The notes under the pieces: generated by a model
The model's database searches: none
What the model saw: only the letters and a program-made list of their open reading frames with translations
What the model was told of the DNA's origin: nothing
Source of the DNA: Mustelus asterias
Taxonomy: Eukaryota
Direction of reading: 5' to 3'
DNA: 64,000 nucleotides
NCBI RefSeq assembly: GCF_964213995.1
Contig: NC_135801.1
Span: 38,564,001 to 38,628,000 of the forward strand
Position numbers and translations under genes: made by a program
Shown here: one piece after another, positions 25,660-38,199 of the stretch
How positions within the stretch are numbered: the stretch's first letter is position 1
Layout of the letters: each line of letters opens with the position of its first letter

Positions 25660-28600
25660 TCATTTTCACCACTCTTTGGCTGAAGAAATTCCTCCTCATC
25701 TCTGTTTTAAAGGATCGTCCCTTTAGTCTGAGGTTGTGCCCTCTGGTTCTAGTTTTTCCTACTAGTGGAAACGTCCCCTCTACGTCCAGTCTATCCAGGC
25801 CTCGCAGTATCCTGTAAATTTCAATAAGATACCCCGTTATCCTTCTAAACTCCAACGAGTACAGACCCAGAGGACTCAACTGTTCCTCATACGACAAGCT
25901 CTTCATTCCAGGGATCATTCTTGTGAACCTCCTCTGGACCCTTTCCAAGGCCAGCACGTCCTTCCTTAGATATGGGGCCCAAAACTGCTCACAATATTCC
26001 AAATAGCGTCTGACCAGAGCCTTATACAGCCTCAGAAGTACATCCCTGCTCTTCGACATGAATGCTAACATTGCATTTGCCTTCCTAACTGCCGATTGAA
26101 CCTGCACATTAACCTTAAGAGAATCTTGAACAATGACTCCCAAGTCCCTTTGTGTTTCTAATTTCCTAATTATTTCCCCATTTAGAAAATAGTCTATGCC
26201 TCCATTCTGCCTTCCAAAGTGCATAACCTCACACTTTTCCACATTCCATCTGCCACTTCTTTGTCCACTCTCCTAGCCTGTCCAAGTCCTCCTGCAGCCC
26301 TCCTGCTTCCTCAATACTACCTGTCCCTCTACATATCTTTGTGTCATCTGCAAGCTTAGCAACAGTGCCTTTAGTTCCTTTTTCCAAATCGTTAATGTAT
26401 ATTGTGAAAAGTTGTGGTCCCAGCACTGACCCCTGAGGCACACCACTAGTCACCGGCTGCCATCCTGAGAAAAACCCCTTTATCTCCACTCTCTACCTCC
26501 TGCCAGTCAGCCAATCCTCTATCCATGCCCTTAACACCATGGCCTCTTAACTTATTTAACAGTTTCCTATGCGGCACCTTGTCAAAGGCCTTCTGGAAAT
26601 CTAAATAAATCACATCCACTGGTTCTCCTTTTTCTCACTTCCTTGTTACTTCCTCAAAGAACTCTAACAGATTTGTCAGACATGACCTCTCCTTGACAAA
26701 GCCGTGCTGACTCAATCCTACTTTATCATGCACTTCCAAGTACTCTGCGATCTCATTTTTAATAAGGGACTCTTAAAATCTTGCCAATGACCGAAGTCAG
26801 GCTAACCGGCCTATAACTTCCCGTCTGCTGCCTCCCTCCCTTTTTAAACAGCGGTGTTACATTAGCTACTTTCCAAAGCTCTGGGACCCTCCCTGTCTCC
26901 AGTGATTCCTGAAAGATCACCACCAATGCCTCCACAATTTCCTCAGCTATCTCTTTTAGAACCCTGGGGTGTAGTCCATCCGGTCCAGGTGATTTATTCA
27001 CCTTCAGACCTTTCAGTTTCCCCAGATCCTCCTCCTTAGTGATGGCCACTACACGCAGCTGTGCCTCCTGATTCTCCAGGAGCTCTGGCATCTCACTGGT
27101 GTCTTCCACCATGAAGATTGACGTAAAGTAACTATTCCATTCCTCTGCCATTGCTTTGTTTCCCATTATTACTTCTCCAGCCTCATTTTCCTGTGGTCCA
27201 ATGGCTATTTTTGCCTCTCTTACCTTTTTATGTATTGAAAAAAAGCTAATCCTAGCTTCTTTTGTATTATTAGCTAACTTATTTCACCACCTCCCCCCTT
27301 ATTGCTTTTTTAGTTGTCCTCTGCTTGCTTTTAAAGGCTTCCCAATCCTCTGGCTTCCCACTAATCCTTGCCGCTTTATATGCTTTTTCTTTTGCTTTTA
27401 TGCTGTCCTTGACTTCCCTCGTCAACCGTGGATGCCTCGTCCTCCCCTTAGCCTGTTTCCTCCTCCTTGGGATGAATTTCTGTTGTGCCTTCCGGATAAC
27501 CCTCCAAAACTCCTGCCATTGCTGTTCCACTGTCTTCCCTGCTAGGCTCCCTTTCCAATCAACTCTGGCCAGCTCCTCCCCCATATCTTTGTAGTTACCT
27601 TTATTTAATTGTAATAACGTTATATCTGATTCCAGCTTCCCCCTCTCAAACTGCAGGGTAAATTCTATCATCTTGTGGTCACTGCTCCCTAAGGATTCCT
27701 TCACCTTAAGTTCCCTAATCAGGTCTGCCTCATTTTTGAAGGGGTAATCAAGAAGGTAGATGAGGGCAGTGCAGTTGATGTTGTCTACATGGACTTTAAC
27801 AAGGCCTTTGACAAGGTACCGCATGGTAGATTGTTACATAAGGTTAAATCTCACGGGATCCAGGGTGAGGTATCTAAATTGATACAAAATTGGCTTCTTG
27901 ACAGAAGCCAGAGGGTGGTTGTAGAGGGTTGTTTTTCAAACTAGAGGCCTGTGACCAGCGGTGTGCCTCAGGATCCCCTGTTGTTTGTTATTTATATTAA
28001 TGATTTGGACGAGAATATAGGAGGCATGGTTAGTAAGTTTGCAGATGACACCAAGATTGGTGGCATAGTGGACAGTGAAGAAAGTTATCTTGGATTGCAA
28101 CAGCATCTTGATCAATTGGGCCAGTGGGCTGACGAATGGCAGATAGAGTTTAATTTAGACAAATGCAAGGTAGATTGGTAGATTTTGGTAGATTGAACCA
28201 GGGCAGGACTCAGTTAATGGTAGGGCGTTGGGGAGAATTACAGAACAAAGCGATCCGGGGTACATGTTCACAGCCCCTTGAAAGTGGAGGCACAGGTGGA
28301 CAGAGTGGTGAGGAAGGCATTCGGCATGCCTGGTTTCATCGATCAGAACATTGAATACAGGAGTTGGGACATCTTGTTGAAGTTGTACAAGACATTGGTA
28401 AGGCCACACTTGGAATACTGTGTGCAGTTCTGGTCACCCTATTATAGAAAGGATATTATTAAACTAGAAAGAGTGCAGAAAAGATTTACTAGGATGCTAC
28501 TGGGACTTGATGGTTTGGATTATAAGGAGAGGCTGGATAGACTGAGACTTTTTTCTCTGGAGCGTAGGAGGCTGAGGGGTGATCTTATAGAGGTCTATAA

Positions 28601-29380
28601 AATAATGAGGGGCATAGACAAGGTAGATAGTCAATATCTTTTCCCAAAAGTGGGGGAGTCTAAAACTAGAGGGCATAGGTTTAAGGGGAGAGATACAAAA
28701 GTGTCCAGAGGGGCAATTTTTTCATAGAGGGTGGCAAGTGTCTGGAACAAGCTGCCAGAGGTGGTAGTAGAGGCAGGTACAATTTTGTCTTTTAAAAAGC
28801 ATTTAGATAGTTACATGGATAAGGTGGATATAGAGGGATATGGGCCAAATGCGGGCAATTGGGGTTAGCTTAGGGATTTAAAAAAAAAAGGATGGCATGG
28901 ACAAGTTGGGCCGAAGGGTCTGTTTCCATGCTGTAAACCTCTATGACTCATGATTACACATCACCAAATCCAGAGTTGCCTGTTTCCTAGTCGGCTCTGT
29001 CACAAGCTGCTCCAAAAAACCATCTCTCAGAAATTCCACAAATTCCTTTTCTTGGGATCCACTACCTACCTGATTTCCCCAGTCCACTTGCCTATTGAAG
29101 TCCCCCCAAATAATTGTAATATTGCCTTTTCTATCTCCTGATTTATTTTCTGCCCCACATCCTGACTATTGCTAGGGAGTCTGTACATAACTCCCACCGG
29201 GGTATTTTAATCTTTGCGATTCCTCAAATCTGCCGACAGAGATTCTATGCCTTCTGATCCTATATCGTTTCTTGCTATCGATTTAATTTCATTCCTTACT
29301 AGCAATGCAACCCTGCCCCCTTTGCCCATCTGCCTGTCCTTCCGATAGGACACATATCCTTGGATATTTAGATCCTAGCC
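25660..29380 (-). mobile_element. CR1 LINE ORF2 remnant (EN to RT), split by another CR1
   Basis: EN part FLEQLVTEPTRKQATLDLVMCN (28951-29050) rejoins EADLIRELKVKESLGSSDH (27733 downward); KSPGPDGLHP and GVPQGSVLGP; frameshifted. Confidence 0.93.
27734..28950 (+). mobile_element. CR1 LINE 3' fragment nested in the older CR1
   Basis: VYMDFNKAFDKVPHG, KFADDTKIGG, LEYCVQFWSP; tail CTCTATGACTCATG. Confidence 0.93.
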
Positions 29381-29677
29381 AATGTTAATGAGACCCCAGA
29401 ATTGAGCTCAACATCTCTGTGTGATTGTCAGTTTACATTTTCACCCATTAGTCGTGCGAATACAATGCAATCTAAAGGGTGAGGTTAAAAATACACCTCA
29501 CAGCACACACCATGGGCTGTGCTATTGCAGCAATTTTTGGGCCAATGTCTTCCAGTTAGCATAAGTAGTAATGAAATAATCAGTGAGTTATAGGGAAGCA
29601 TTTCACACTTGTTCATCACCTATGAAAATAAATAAATGAAAATGAATAAAATTAACATTTCTTTCTCCTTTGCTTAG

Positions 29678-29734
29678 GCCAATAGAGATGAGAGCACAGC
29701 CTGTGATGAAGCTGCAGTTAAAAAAGATGCACAG
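29678..29734 (+). CDS. ANXA5: Annexin A5-like coding exon (57 nt, phase 0-0)
   Basis: gcttAG|..|GTcggt; ANRDESTACDEAAVKKDAQ. Confidence 0.92.
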
Positions 29735-30002
29735 GTCGGTCAAAGCATTTCAACATTTTCTCTAAGTAATGCTCCTTAATCTTGCACATTTGTAACTGGT
29801 TTTGAGGCTGTTATGCTTCTGTAGTTACTTCATTTGGTGATTGATCTGTGCTGGAGAGTAACTATTAAAACCATTTACAAATAGAATGCTGACAAGGTAA
29901 TGCATTTGAATTGCATGTTTGTAGTCAACCGAGTCTTCTTGCAAACCTTTATCAACCTTTCAACTTGCATCTTTCCTTTGCTTTAAATGAAGATAGCAGC
30001 TA

Positions 30003-30530
30003 TGGTGGCTCAGTGATTAGCACTGCTGCCTCACAGCCTCGGGGACCCCGGTTCGATTTCCAGGGATTTGGCCCATATCCCTCTATATCCATCTTATCCA
30101 TGTAACTGTCTAAATGCTTTTTAAAAGACAAAATTGTACCCGCCTCTACTGCTACCTCTGGCAGCTTGTTCCAGACACTTGTCACCCTCTATGAAAAAAT
30201 TGCCCCTCTGGACACTTTTGTATCTCTCCCCTTAAACCTATGCCCTCTAGTTTTAGACTCCCCCACTTTTGGGAAAAGATATTGACCCAAGCTGGAAATC
30301 GAACTGAGGCTTGAGGCTGCAAGTTTTCCCTGTTTACTGCGTGGGTTTCTTCCGGGTGCTCCAGTTTCCTCCCACAGTCTGAAAGGCGTGCTGGTTAGGT
30401 GCATTGGCCATGCTAAATTCTCCCTCGGTGTACTCGAACAGCCGCCGGAGTGTGGCGACTAGGGGATTTTCACAGTAACTTCATTGCAGTGTTAATGTAA
30501 GCCTACTTGTGACAGAGATAAATGAACTTT
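30003..30530 (+). mobile_element. V-SINE tail type B, disrupted by a 221-bp inverted local CR1 copy
   Basis: Head 30003-30062, insert 30066-30286, V-domain and tail resume near 30325. Confidence 0.85.
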
Positions 30531-31039
30531 AAATTTAGCTATTGAGCCAATTTTCAGAAATACGTGGACCGTGAGAGTGAGGCATTGTGACATTTTGATG
30601 GGTTACCTTTTGTATTTGGGTTCTTCTGTGGGTGTCCCAATGTGGAGGATATTTGGATTTGCACAAGTAACAATGCACTGGTGTCAGTAGTAGGAAACAG
30701 CAACCCAGTTACTACTGATGGAAAGTCCTTGAGAGTATGAAGATAGAATCGATTTGGGTAGAGTTGAGAAGTATAAAGGATATGGTCACATTAATGGGGT
30801 ATAATATACGCCACCAAATGATGAGTTAGAAGAACAAATCCTTGGGGAAATTACAGAGATAGAAAAGAATTACGGAGTGCTGATACAGGGAGACTAATTG
30901 CTCAAATAGCGATTGGGATAATGTTAGAGTAAAGGGTAAGAAGAGGGGTGGGATTTCTGAAATGTATTCGGGAGAACATTTTGCCCAATATGTCCTCCTT
31001 CCAATGAGGAAGGAGGCATTGATGGATCTGGATCTGGTG

Positions 31040-31190
31040 TATTTTTTAAATTCACTTACAGGATGTGGATGTTGCTGGCTAGGCCAGCGTTTATTGCCCA
31101 TCCATAGTTGCCCTTCAGAAGGTGGTGGTGAGCTGCCTCCTTGAAATGTTGCAGTCCCTGTGGTGTAGGTACACCCACAGTGCTGGTTTG
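31040..31190 (-). mobile_element. 3' end of the LINE family seen at 59138-61530 (inferred)
   Basis: Minus strand GCAGCTCACCACCACCTTCTGAAGGGCAACTATGGATGGGCAATAAACGCTGGCC; same tail as the 56660 short element. Confidence 0.6.
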
Positions 31191-33290
31191 CCCATTCTGC
31201 ACGTTTATTAATGTCTTCCTGTAATTTGTTGCAAGTCTCCTTAGTATTGACTATCCCCCCAAGGTGGTGCCATCTGGAAATTTAAAAATTATGCTTTTGA
31301 TTCCAAAGTCCAAATCATTATTGTAAGTTGTGAAGGGCAGTGGTCCCAGTATTGATCTGTGAAGGGCAGCGGTCCCAGTACTGATCTATGAAGGGCAGTG
31401 GTCCCAGTACTGATCTGTGAAGGGCAGTGGTCCCAGTACTGATCTGTGAAGGGCAGCGGTCCCAGTACTGATCTATGAAGGGCAGCGGTCCCAGTACTGA
31501 TCTATGAAGGGCAGCGGTCCCAGTACTGATCTATGAAGGGCAGCGGTCCCAGTACTGATCTATGAAGGGCAGCGGTCCCAGTACTGATCTGTGAAGAGCA
31601 GCGGTCCCAGTACTGATCTGTGAAGAGCAGCGGTCCCAGTACTGATCTATGAAGGGCAGCGGTCCCAGTACTGATCTATGAAGGGCAGCGGTCCCAGTAC
31701 TGATCTATGAAGGGCAGCGGTCCCAGTACTGATCTATGAAGGGCAGCGGTCCCAGTACTGATCTGTGAAGGGCAGCGGTCCCAGTACTGATCTGTGAAGG
31801 GCAGCGGTCCCAGTACTGATCTGTGAAGGGCAGCGGTCTCAGTACTGATCTATGAAGGGCAGCGGTCCCAGTACTGATCTGTGAAGAGCAGCGGTCCCAG
31901 TACTGATCTGTGAAGAGCAGCGGTCTCAGTACTGATCTATGAAGGGCAGCGGTCCCAGTACTGATCTATGAAGGGCAGCGGTCCCAGTACTGATCTATGA
32001 AGGGCAGCGGTCCCAGTACTGATCTGTGAAGAGCAGCGGTCTCAGTACTGATCTATGAAGGGCAGCGGTCCCAGTACTGATCTATGAAGGGCAGCGGTCC
32101 CAGTACTGATCTATGAAGGGCAGCGGTCCCAGTACTGATCTATGAAGGGCAGCGGTCCCAGTACTGATCTATGAAGGGCAGCGGTCCCAGTACTGATCTA
32201 TGAAGGGCAGCGGTCCCAGTACTGATCTGTGAAGGGCAGCGGTCCCAGTACTGATCTGTGAAGGGCAGCGGTCTCAGTACTGATCTATGAAGGGCAGCGG
32301 TCCCAGTACTGATCTATGAAGGGCAGCGGTCCCAGTACTGATCTATGAAGGGCAGCGGTCCCAGTACTGATCTATGAAGGGCAGCGGTCCCAGTACTGAT
32401 CTATGAAGGGCAGCGGTCCCAGTACTGATCTATGAAGGGCAGCGGTCCCAGTACTGATCTGTGAAGGGCAGCGGTCCCAGTACTGATCTGTGAAGGGCAG
32501 CGGTCTCAGTACTGATCTGTGAAGAGCAGCGGTCCCAGTACTGATCTGTGAAGAGCAGCGGTCTCAGTACTGATCTATGAAGGGCAGCGGTCCCAGTACT
32601 GATCTGTGAAGGGCAGCGGTCTCAGTACTGATCTATGAAGAGCAGCGGTCCCAGTACTGATCTGTGAAGGGCAGCGGTCCCAGTACTGATCTGTGAAGGG
32701 CAGCGGTCCCAGTACTGATCTGTGAAGAGCAGCGGTCTCAGTACTGATCTATGAAGGGCAGCGGTCCCAGTACTGATCTGTGAAGGGCAGCGGTCTCAGT
32801 ACTGATCTATGAAGAGCAGCGGTCCCCGTACTGATCTGTGAAGGGCAGCGGTCCCAGTACTGATCTGTGAAGGGCAGCGGTCCCAGTACTGATCTGTGAA
32901 GGGCAGCGGTCCCAGTACTGATCTGTGAAGAGCAGCGGTCTCAGTACTGATCTATGAAGGGCAGCGGTCCCAGTACTGATCTGTGAAGAGCAGCGGTCCC
33001 AGTACTGATCTTTGTGGAACATCGTTTTCTACCTACTGTTGCTCTGAATAAATACACTTGCTCACCTTTTCAGTCTTGGAGCCAGGTAACCACTTCTGTC
33101 ACTGCTCTCCTGGCTCCACATTATGGCACTTTTCATAATGACCATCTGAACCCATTCATTAGTCTGTTGTGGAGCACCTCATTGCAGGTCTTTTGAAAAT
33201 CCAGGTGCACCTTCTGCATTACAATTTCTGCTGTCACCTCCTCAGAAATTCACGAAGATTGTCCAAAGATTTTTCCTTTGAAATTCATGC
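31190..33290 (-). mobile_element. Old CR1 RT fragment hosting the minisatellite
   Basis: DVPQRSVLGPLLF at 33025-32985 continues after the array as FTTYNNDLDFGIKSIIFKFPDGTTLGG (31330-31250). Confidence 0.8.
31330..33011. repeat. Minisatellite, 29-bp unit, about 58 copies
   Basis: Unit RTGAAGRGCAGCGGTCYCAGTACTGATCT; span 1682 bp = 58 x 29. Confidence 0.97.
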
Positions 33291-33322
33291 TAACTTGTCA
33301 GCTAGGCTGACATGCTGGTGGC

Positions 33323-33620
33323 ATGGTGGCACAGTGGTTAGCATCGCTGCCTCACAGTGCCAAGGACCCATGTTCAATTCCCGGTTTGGGTCACTGTCTA
33401 TGCGGAATCTGCACATTCTCCCCGTGTCTGCGTGGGATTCCTCCCGGGTGCTCCAGTTTCCTCCCACAGTCAGAAAGATGTGCTGATTAGGTGCATTGGA
33501 CATGCTAAATTCTCCCTCATTGTACTCGACCAGGCGCTGGAGTGTGGCAACTAGGGGATTTTCACAGTAACTTCATTGCAGTGTTAATGTAAGCCTACTT
33601 GTGACACTAATAAATAAACT
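33323..33620 (+). mobile_element. V-SINE, tail type B
   Basis: Head, V-domain, tail GCCTACTTGTGACACTAATAAATAAA. Confidence 0.9.
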
Positions 33621-34259
33621 TTATATTTCTGATTTTCAAATGTTCTTTTACTCTCTTCTTTAGTAAGGATTCCATATTTTATTCCTAACAATGACATTCA
33701 GCTGATTGACCTATAATTCCTTGGACATGTTTTGTGCCCCTCCTTAAATACAGAAATTGCATTCACTCCCCACCAGCCTTCTGGCACTGCACCTTCTTCT
33801 AACAAATTATTGAATGTGAGCAGTGGTGCCTCTGCTGCCTCTTCCCTAGATTCTTTCAACATACGTACATAATCAGGGGTTACATCCTCTTTTTGAATTC
33901 ATTTCATTTATTCAACACATCCTCCTTTAATTTAAGTGCGTTTATCTCAATGCTCTTTTCGTCGTTAAATATCATGTCTCCCAAAATGAAATAATTCTTT
34001 CTGCTTTCTACCATCTCTCTATAGTTGTATGTGGTATTATCCTGTTTATCCTTTACTAATCCTATTCCTATCACTGTCTTTTTTGTCTGTGGATGTACGT
34101 GTAAAATATTTTATTGTTTTGTTTCTCAACATAATGTCATAGTTCCTCTTTGCCTCCCTAACCTAATCATTTTTTTGATTTCTCCCCTATTCTCTTTGTC
34201 TCCTACTGTTCCTTGCGCTCCACCCATACTCGAGGGTGGCTGTTCATATAGAGAGAGCA

Positions 34260-34860
34260 GTTAGCAAACCTTATGGGATCCTGGGCTTCAGTGTTGAATA
34301 CAAAAACAAGGAAGTTATTGCTGAACCTTTATAAAGCTTTTGTTTGGTCACAACTAGAGTACTGCATCCAGTTCTGGTCACTACACTTCAGGATGTGAAT
34401 GCCCTTGAGAGGGTGCAAAGGAGATTTACCAGAATAACTCCTGGGTTGAGAGATTTTAGCTGCACTCTTGAGGTTGGGGCAGCTGGGGTTGTTCTCCTTT
34501 GGAGCAAAGGAGATTGAGGGCAGATTGATAGAGGTGCGCAGGTTTATGACAGGTTTAGATGAGGCAGAGAAAAAAACTGTTCCCATTGGTACAAGGATCA
34601 GGGTTCACTGATTTAAAGTTTTAGGTGAGGGACGCAGTGGGACATGAGGAAGAACCGTTTTGCACAGTGAATGCTAATAACCTCTAACTCAGCCTGAGGA
34701 TGGGGCAAGTGGAGACGGTCAGTGGTTTCAAAAAGGATGTTAGATAGACTCTGGAAGGAAATAAACTTGCAGGGCTACAGGGATAGAGAAGGGGAATGGG
34801 ACTGAGTGGATTGCTGTACATGTACTTGATGGGCTGAATTACTGCTTCCTTTCTCGCAAT
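34260..34860 (+). mobile_element. Old CR1 3' fragment
   Basis: LYKAFVWSQLEYCIQFWS and ERVQRRFTR motifs. Confidence 0.75.
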
Positions 34861-35394
34861 GATGTTATACTTCTAATGACTCTGGAGAGAATACAGAAGA
34901 GGGGATTAACCAGGATGATCCTGGCAATGAGAGGATTAATTTATTTGGAGAAACTGGGGGTTCTTGTCAAAATAGCAGATTAAAGAGAAACCAATGGAAG
35001 TATTGAAAATACTGCAAGGTTTTGGTGGAACAAGAAGTAGGGAAGTACTGGTAAGTCGGTCAGTACAGCAAATGTACACTAACTGGTGAAAGAGCTAAAG
35101 AGAAATGAAACAGAATTTCTCCGTGTAGGTTCAGATTGGGAAAATGATCCCTGAAAGGGTGGTAGAAGCAGATTCCATTGGGATAGTGTAGATTGGAGGG
35201 GCTTTAGATTGGTTTCACTGGTCGGCGCAACATTGAGGGCTGAAGGGCCTGTACTGCGCTGCGATGTTCTATGTTCTAACTTTCAAAAGACAGTTGCATA
35301 GGATGAGGACTAATTAATTTACTGGAAGAATTGGGCTGTGGGATTACATTGTCTTGTTCTGTAAGATTTTAACTGCCTATCAACTTTATACTAG

Positions 35395-35488
35395 GAGCTG
35401 TTCCAAGCTGGAGAACTGAAGTGTGGCACTGACGAATCTGCATTCCTCACCATCATTGGGACTAAAAGTGCGCCTTACCTTCGGCAAG
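35395..35488 (+). CDS. ANXA5: Annexin A5-like coding exon (94 nt)
   Basis: tactAG|..|GTgagc; ELFQAGELKCGTDESAFLTIIGTKSAPYLRQ. Confidence 0.93.
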
Positions 35489-36102
35489 GTGAGCTTTCCT
35501 GGCTTCGCTTTAATTCCTGGGAACAAGTACTGACCATTTTAAATGGAATAATATTCATCATGTAATATATTAAATTACGACCCTTGAACAGAATACTTGG
35601 GGAAATTGCAAGTAATTTAACACATTGGTGCATGATGTGACTGAAGGTTAGGTGAGAATATTATTCCTGTGCATTCTCTCTCCTTGCTCCTTTTCCTTAT
35701 CCTGACTTATGAGTATCCTACATTTGATCATAATTAGGATGGGGTAAATTTAGCATCTAATCACTTGGTCTACTTGCGATGCATTTCTTTTTAATTGAGT
35801 GAAAAATCCCATTCACGTTTTATTGGGGAGGTATTAAATAAGATCAAGTTTGCATTTATAGTTGAGCGTCCCAAAATATTTATAACTTCTGAAGCAAAGC
35901 ATTTGTATGTGGGCAAATATCGAAGCAACAGCCCTGGCACAGCACCCTTAATAATAATATTATTCAGAGCAGTATTTGTCTTCATTTGTAAGACCGAGCT
36001 GAAAGTTGGCTGAAATCTCATTTTGTTTGAAGCTCGTGTGTGTGGGAGATGAGGAGAGCGTTGCGCAGCATTATCACTTCAGAACTCTTCAGCCGACCCG
36101 AT

Positions 36103-36443
36103 AGAATCATAGAGTCCCTACAGTGCAGAAGGAGGCCATTCGGCCCATTGTGTCTGCACTGACTATTTGACAGAGCATCTTACCCAGCCCCTATACCAGT
36201 AACCTTACGTATTTACCCCTCTAATGCCCCTAACCTACAAATTTTGGGACATTAAGGGACAATTTAAAATGGCCAATCCACTTAACCTGCATATCTTTGG
36301 ACTGTGGGAGGAAACTGGAGCACCCAGAGGAAACCTATGGAGACACAGAGAGAACGTGCAAACTCCACACAGTCACCCGAGACTGGATTTGAACACGGGT
36401 CCCTGGCGCCGTGAGGCTGCAGTGCTAACTACTGCGCCACCGG
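36103..36443 (-). mobile_element. V-SINE, tail type A
   Basis: Reverse complement of head, V-domain and CR1-like tail. Confidence 0.88.
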
Positions 36444-36503
36444 TGTGGGGGGGGGGTAGAGTTTTAACTTCTTAATGTGCTGGCAGGTAGGATGGGGGGG
36501 CCA

Positions 36504-36574
36504 TTACAGAGAAACCCCAACTTCCGGGTTTGCTGCTAGTAGTAGCAAACCCGGAAGTTGGGGTTTCTCTGTAA
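36504..36574. repeat. Perfect 31-bp inverted repeat with 9-nt loop
   Basis: TTACAGAGAAACCCCAACTTCCGGGTTTGCT followed by its exact reverse complement. Confidence 0.95.
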
Positions 36575-37226
36575 CGGTGTGGAGTTTTAACTGTACACAT
36601 GGGGGTAGCATGACAGACAGGTTCCCTGCCTGATAGTCAACCTGATTGAGACTGTTGGGCTGAAAACACTGGGGGGGAAAAAAGAACTGCAGGCCTGGTG
36701 TGGGGAAGTGGACCGGGGTAAGGGTTGTGGTTGATCTAGATCTTTTGGAGGAGTCGGGCAAAGAGGAGGTGGATGGAGGAAGAATATGTGGGGTGTCCTA
36801 TTGCAGGGATTTAGCAAGGTAGATGTGCTGGATTCAACAGTAGTTCTCCTCTCTGCACTTGTACCTCTTCAGGTAGTGGGGTGGGCGACTCCACATTGGG
36901 GGAAATAAACCATGCTCCAGCACTTGAACTGGTCATGGAGAGAACATATGTTATCCAGCCAATCGGTGGTTAAAATCTGTCCAATACTCCACACATTTTC
37001 TGAGAAGAAAAGAGTGAAAACAAAAAGTGGCTTTACTTGGTGAGAAATAACAATCCATATATATTAAAGAATTTCTGGTATTCTGAGGTGCTCAGGAATG
37101 TCTGTTGTATAAAAATATTTGCTTCAAATTTCAAGTTGTAAAACCCGGTACACATTTCTGTAAATAAGACGACATTGAATAATCTTTGGGAATGATTTCA
37201 TCCTTATAATATGTGTTCTTTTTCAG

Positions 37227-37322
37227 TTTTTCCTGAGTACATGAAAATCTCAGGCTATCAGATTGAAGAAAGCATTTCTTCAGAGACATCTGGGAGTCTG
37301 AGGACTGCATTACTAGCTGTTG
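37227..37322 (+). CDS. ANXA5: Annexin A5-like coding exon (96 nt)
   Basis: tttcAG|..|GTaaga; VFPEYMKISGYQIEESISSETSGSLRTALLAV; YMxISGxQIEE is characteristic of A5. Confidence 0.94.
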
Positions 37323-37360
37323 GTAAGAAACAAGAACCAATGTTCTGTTACATAATCTTG

Positions 37361-37556
37361 CATAGAACATAGAACAGTACAGCACAGAACAGGCCCTTCG
37401 GCCCACGATGTTGTGCCGAGCTTTATCTGAAACCAAGATCAAGCTATCCCACTCCCTATCAACCTGGCGTGCTCCATGTGCCTATCCAATAACCGCTTAA
37501 ATGTTCCTAAAGTGTCTGACTCCACTATCACTGCAGGCAGTCCATTCCACACCCCA
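37361..37556 (-). mobile_element. CR1 3' tail fragment
   Basis: CATAGAACATAGAACAGTACAGCACAGAACAGGCCCTTCGGCCC. Confidence 0.8.
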
Positions 37557-37740
37557 AGTACAGTACAGAAATAGGCCATTCAGCCCAACAGCAACATGCT
37601 AGCATTTATGGTCCACATGGATCTCCTCCCAGCATCCTTTTCCTAAAACATTATTTATCCTTCCATCTCCCTCATTTGTTTATTGAACTTTCCCTTAATT
37701 GCATCAGTGCTCGTCACTTCACCTTGAGGCTTATTGACTG

Positions 37741-38062
37741 TGGCACAGTGGTTAGCCCTGCTGCCTCACAGTGCCAGGGACCTGGGTTCAATTCTGGCCT
37801 TGGGTGACTGTGTGGAGTCTACACGTTCTCTTCGTGTCTGTGTGGGTTTCCTCCGGGTGCTGGTTAGGTGGATTGGTCAATGCTAAATTGCCCCTTGGTG
37901 TTCAAGGATGTGCAGGTTAGGTGGATTAGCTATAGTAAATGTGTGGGGTTAGGGGGGATGGGACCAGGGGATGGTGGGGCTGGACCTGGGTAAGAAGCTC
38001 TTTCGGAGAGTAGGTACAGACTCGATGGGCCGAATGGCTCCCTTCTGCACTATAGGGATTCT
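37741..38062 (+). mobile_element. V-SINE, tail type A
   Basis: Head, V-domain, CR1-like tail. Confidence 0.87.
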
Positions 38063-38199
38063 GTGTATCTGTGGACTTGCAAATTATCTCTAATTATTCC
38101 ATTACATTGATTGGAACAAATGGCTTGCTGAATCCTTGTGTAAACACAAACAGCCGGAGGTGATACGGACAGTTCAATGATGTTTATGTTCTATTTCAG

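Noticed and set aside
31330-33011. CRISPR-like array (29-bp repeat)
   Set aside because: Units are directly tandem with no spacers, the context is eukaryotic, and the unit derives from a CR1 RT motif.
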